The notes under the pieces: generated by a model | Database searches by the model: none | The model's input: only the letters and a program-made list of their open reading frames with translations | What the model was told of the DNA's origin: nothing | In this document: in pieces, positions 59,693 to 61,785 of the stretch | How the letters are laid out: each line of letters starts with the position of its first letter | Numbering within the stretch: position 1 is the first letter of the stretch | Made by a program: the position numbers and the translations under genes | NCBI GenBank assembly: GCA_944324195.1 | Contig: CALUVJ010000001.1 | Location: forward strand, 1-61,785 | DNA from: Candidatus Gastranaerophilales bacterium | Lineage (GTDB): Bacteria; Cyanobacteriota; Vampirovibrionia; Gastranaerophilales; Gastranaerophilaceae | Length of the DNA stretch: 61,785 bases | Reading direction: 5' to 3'

Positions 59693-60121
59693 TTATACCA
59701 GTTGAATTAATGCCATTTCAGAAGCATCACCTCTTCTAGGTGGAAGTCTGAAAATTCTTGTATATCCGCCCTGTCTTGAAGAATATTTAACACCTATGAT
59801 GCTGAATAATTTTCTCAAAACAGTTTGTTTTGCTAATTTCTTGCCTTCCTGCGGAGCATCAAATACTTCACCGGTTGTTGTATCAATTAACTGCCCTATT
59901 TCTTTATCGTAAATATATTTTCCTGCCAGTCTTCTTGAATTCAAGTCAGCTTTTTTTGCCATAGTGATAACATTTTCAGCATATGGTTGAAGAGCCTTTG
60001 CTCTTGCCATAGTTGTTTTAATTTCACCGTGAACAAAAAGTTCAGTAGCTAATGAACGCAACAAAGCCTTTCTTTGGTCTTGTGCTTTACCAAGCGTATG
60101 TTTTTTTGTTTGGTGTCTCAT
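59693..60121 (-). CDS. rplQ: 50S ribosomal protein L17
   Basis: MRH, R.ALLR, I.TT..RAK, R.GGYTRI, RRGD. Confidence 0.99.
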   Translation of the reverse strand: MRHQTKKHTLGKAQDQRKALLRSLATELFVHGEIKTTMARAKALQPYAENVITMAKKADLNSRRLAGKYIYDKEIGQLIDTTTGEVFDAPQEGKKLAKQTVLRKLFSIIGVKYSSRQGGYTRIFRLPPRRGDASEMALIQLV

Positions 60122-60155
60122 TTTTGTTTTTCCTTATATAATAATTTACTGTTTG

Positions 60156-61163
60156 CTATTCTTCACTACTTTGTACTGCAAAACCTTCTTCGTCTATTTC
60201 AGGGTTTGGAGCTAAGTCTAAACCGAAATGATGTAATCTTTCAATTACTTCATCAGAAGATTTTTTTCCAAAGTTCTTGATATTTAATAAATCATGTTCA
60301 GATTTCTTTAACAATTCCGCCATAGAGTTGATACTTGCTCTTTTCAAGCAATTGTAAGCTCTGACAGAAAGTTCCAACTCATCAATTGTAATTGACGGTT
60401 CCTGTTCTGTTTCGCTTGGAACAGTCTCTTCCTGAACCGTAACTTTTTCTTCAATTTCTTTGTGAGTTGTTTTGCCTGTAATTGAAGAAATTTGAACAAA
60501 GTGTTCAATTAATAAATCTGCAGCTTGTGTAAGAGCTGTTGTTACGTCAACCGTACCGTTAGACCAGATTTCAAGAGTTAATTTATCGAAATCAATATTG
60601 TCACCGACACGGGCATTTTCAACTTCATAACGAACTCTCTTTACCGGCATAAAAGTTGCATCGATAGGTAACATGTCGATAGGAGCTCCTGCCTTGGAAT
60701 TTCTCGGAACATCATTAGCAACATAACCTTTGCCTGTTTCAACTACGATGTCAGCGTGGAATGAACCGCCGTCAGCTATTGTACAAATAAGCCAATCCGG
60801 ATTTACAACCTTAACGCCTGCAGGTAATTGAATGTCACTTGCTAATACCGGACCGGGTTTGTCAACATCAATTCTTAAGTTTTGCGGTTCTTTTGAATCT
60901 GTTTTAATTGCTAAACCTTTAAGATTGAGCATTACATCAATAACATCTTCCAATACACCAGGAATTGCAGTGTATTCGTGAGTAATACCTTCAATTCTGC
61001 AAGAAGTTACAGCAGTACCTTCCAAGCTTGAAAGTAATACACGTCTGAGTGCGTTACCGATAGTTGTTCCAAATCCTCTTTCCAACGGTTCAATAGTAAA
61101 TTTACCATATTGTGAACCATCAGAGCTGGTCATTGTATTAACAGTTTTAATTTTTAATTCCAT
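60156..61163 (-). CDS. rpoA: RNA polymerase alpha subunit
   Basis: EPLERGFG.T.GNALRRVLLSS, PIDA.F.PV, LELSVRAYNCLKRA, NFGKKS. Confidence 0.99.
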   Translation of the reverse strand: MELKIKTVNTMTSSDGSQYGKFTIEPLERGFGTTIGNALRRVLLSSLEGTAVTSCRIEGITHEYTAIPGVLEDVIDVMLNLKGLAIKTDSKEPQNLRIDVDKPGPVLASDIQLPAGVKVVNPDWLICTIADGGSFHADIVVETGKGYVANDVPRNSKAGAPIDMLPIDATFMPVKRVRYEVENARVGDNIDFDKLTLEIWSNGTVDVTTALTQAADLLIEHFVQISSITGKTTHKEIEEKVTVQEETVPSETEQEPSITIDELELSVRAYNCLKRASINSMAELLKKSEHDLLNIKNFGKKSSDEVIERLHHFGLDLAPNPEIDEEGFAVQSSEE

Positions 61164-61182
61164 ATTTTTTTCTCCTATCAGC

Positions 61183-61785
61183 CTATTTTGAATAGTACTC
61201 TATAACAAGTTGTTCTTTGAAATCAGGATCCATTTCTTCTCTTTGAGGAACTCTTTCGTAAGTAATCTTCAAATTGTCTTTGTCAACTGTAATCCAAGAA
61301 GGAGCTAATGATAAATCAATTGCGCTCATAACTGTTTTTAAGTATTCGTTGCTTCTTGCTTTAACAGTGATTACGTCACCTGCTTTGCATATATATGATG
61401 GAATATCTACTTTTTTGCCGTTTACAAGAACGTGACCGTGGTTAACGATTTGTCTTGTTTGTTTGCGTGTTACGCCAAAACCTGCTCTGAATAAAATGTT
61501 ATCCAATCTTGATTCAAGAATTTGAAGAAGGATTGTACCTGTAACACCTTTCTTTCTTGCAGCTTCGTTGTAATATTTAGCAAATTGTTTTTCACTAACC
61601 AAATATGTTAATCTGATTTTTTGTTTTTCATTCAAGTGGATTGCATACTCAGAAAGTTTTTTTCTGACAGCACCGTGTTGTCCTGATGCAGTTTGTCTCA
61701 TTGAAGAAGTTAACTTTCTGTTTGATAAATCCTTTACACCGTAGTTACGAAATAATTTATTCGTAGGTCCTGTATATCTTGCCAT
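61183..61785 (-). CDS. rpsD: 30S ribosomal protein S4
   Basis: MARYTGP, SEY...L.EKQK, LESRLDN, Q.V.HGH, IEYYSK. Confidence 0.99.
   Translation of the reverse strand: MARYTGPTNKLFRNYGVKDLSNRKLTSSMRQTASGQHGAVRKKLSEYAIHLNEKQKIRLTYLVSEKQFAKYYNEAARKKGVTGTILLQILESRLDNILFRAGFGVTRKQTRQIVNHGHVLVNGKKVDIPSYICKAGDVITVKARSNEYLKTVMSAIDLSLAPSWITVDKDNLKITYERVPQREEMDPDFKEQLVIEYYSK

Overview
Low-GC chromosomal segment of a diderm, flagellated, probably fermentative bacterium. Gene content and protein style best fit Candidatus Gastranaerophilales (Melainabacteria/Vampirovibrionia); this is an inference, not a database result. The window runs from the 3' end of rplO-secY (+) to a converging rpsD-rpoA-rplQ-truA-rplM-rpsI block (-). 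Between them are housekeeping genes (smpB, mgtE, yajQ, serS, queA, mtnP, glgP, an ADP-forming acyl-CoA synthetase, two M16 peptidases), envelope genes (lptC/lptA, an MlaA-hydrolase fusion, an AsmA-like protein, a haemagglutinin-like exoprotein), a flagellar rod/ring/hook-junction cluster and a HEPN-MNT toxin-antitoxin pair. I found no rRNA, tRNA, CRISPR array, integrase or transposase. The most striking signal is non-coding. An intact DUF559 (Vsr-like) endonuclease gene has five tandem ~60-bp GC-rich units on one side and one inverted unit touching its stop codon on the other, and related palindromes are dispersed across the window, one inside a coding 3' end. This looks like a REP-type repeat system paired with an endonuclease instead of a RAYT transposase. 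Three further repeat classes co-occur (GTAG-type, CGTC/TGTC-type, and inverted arms of 7/8/9-nt tandem units), concentrated in the flagellar cluster.
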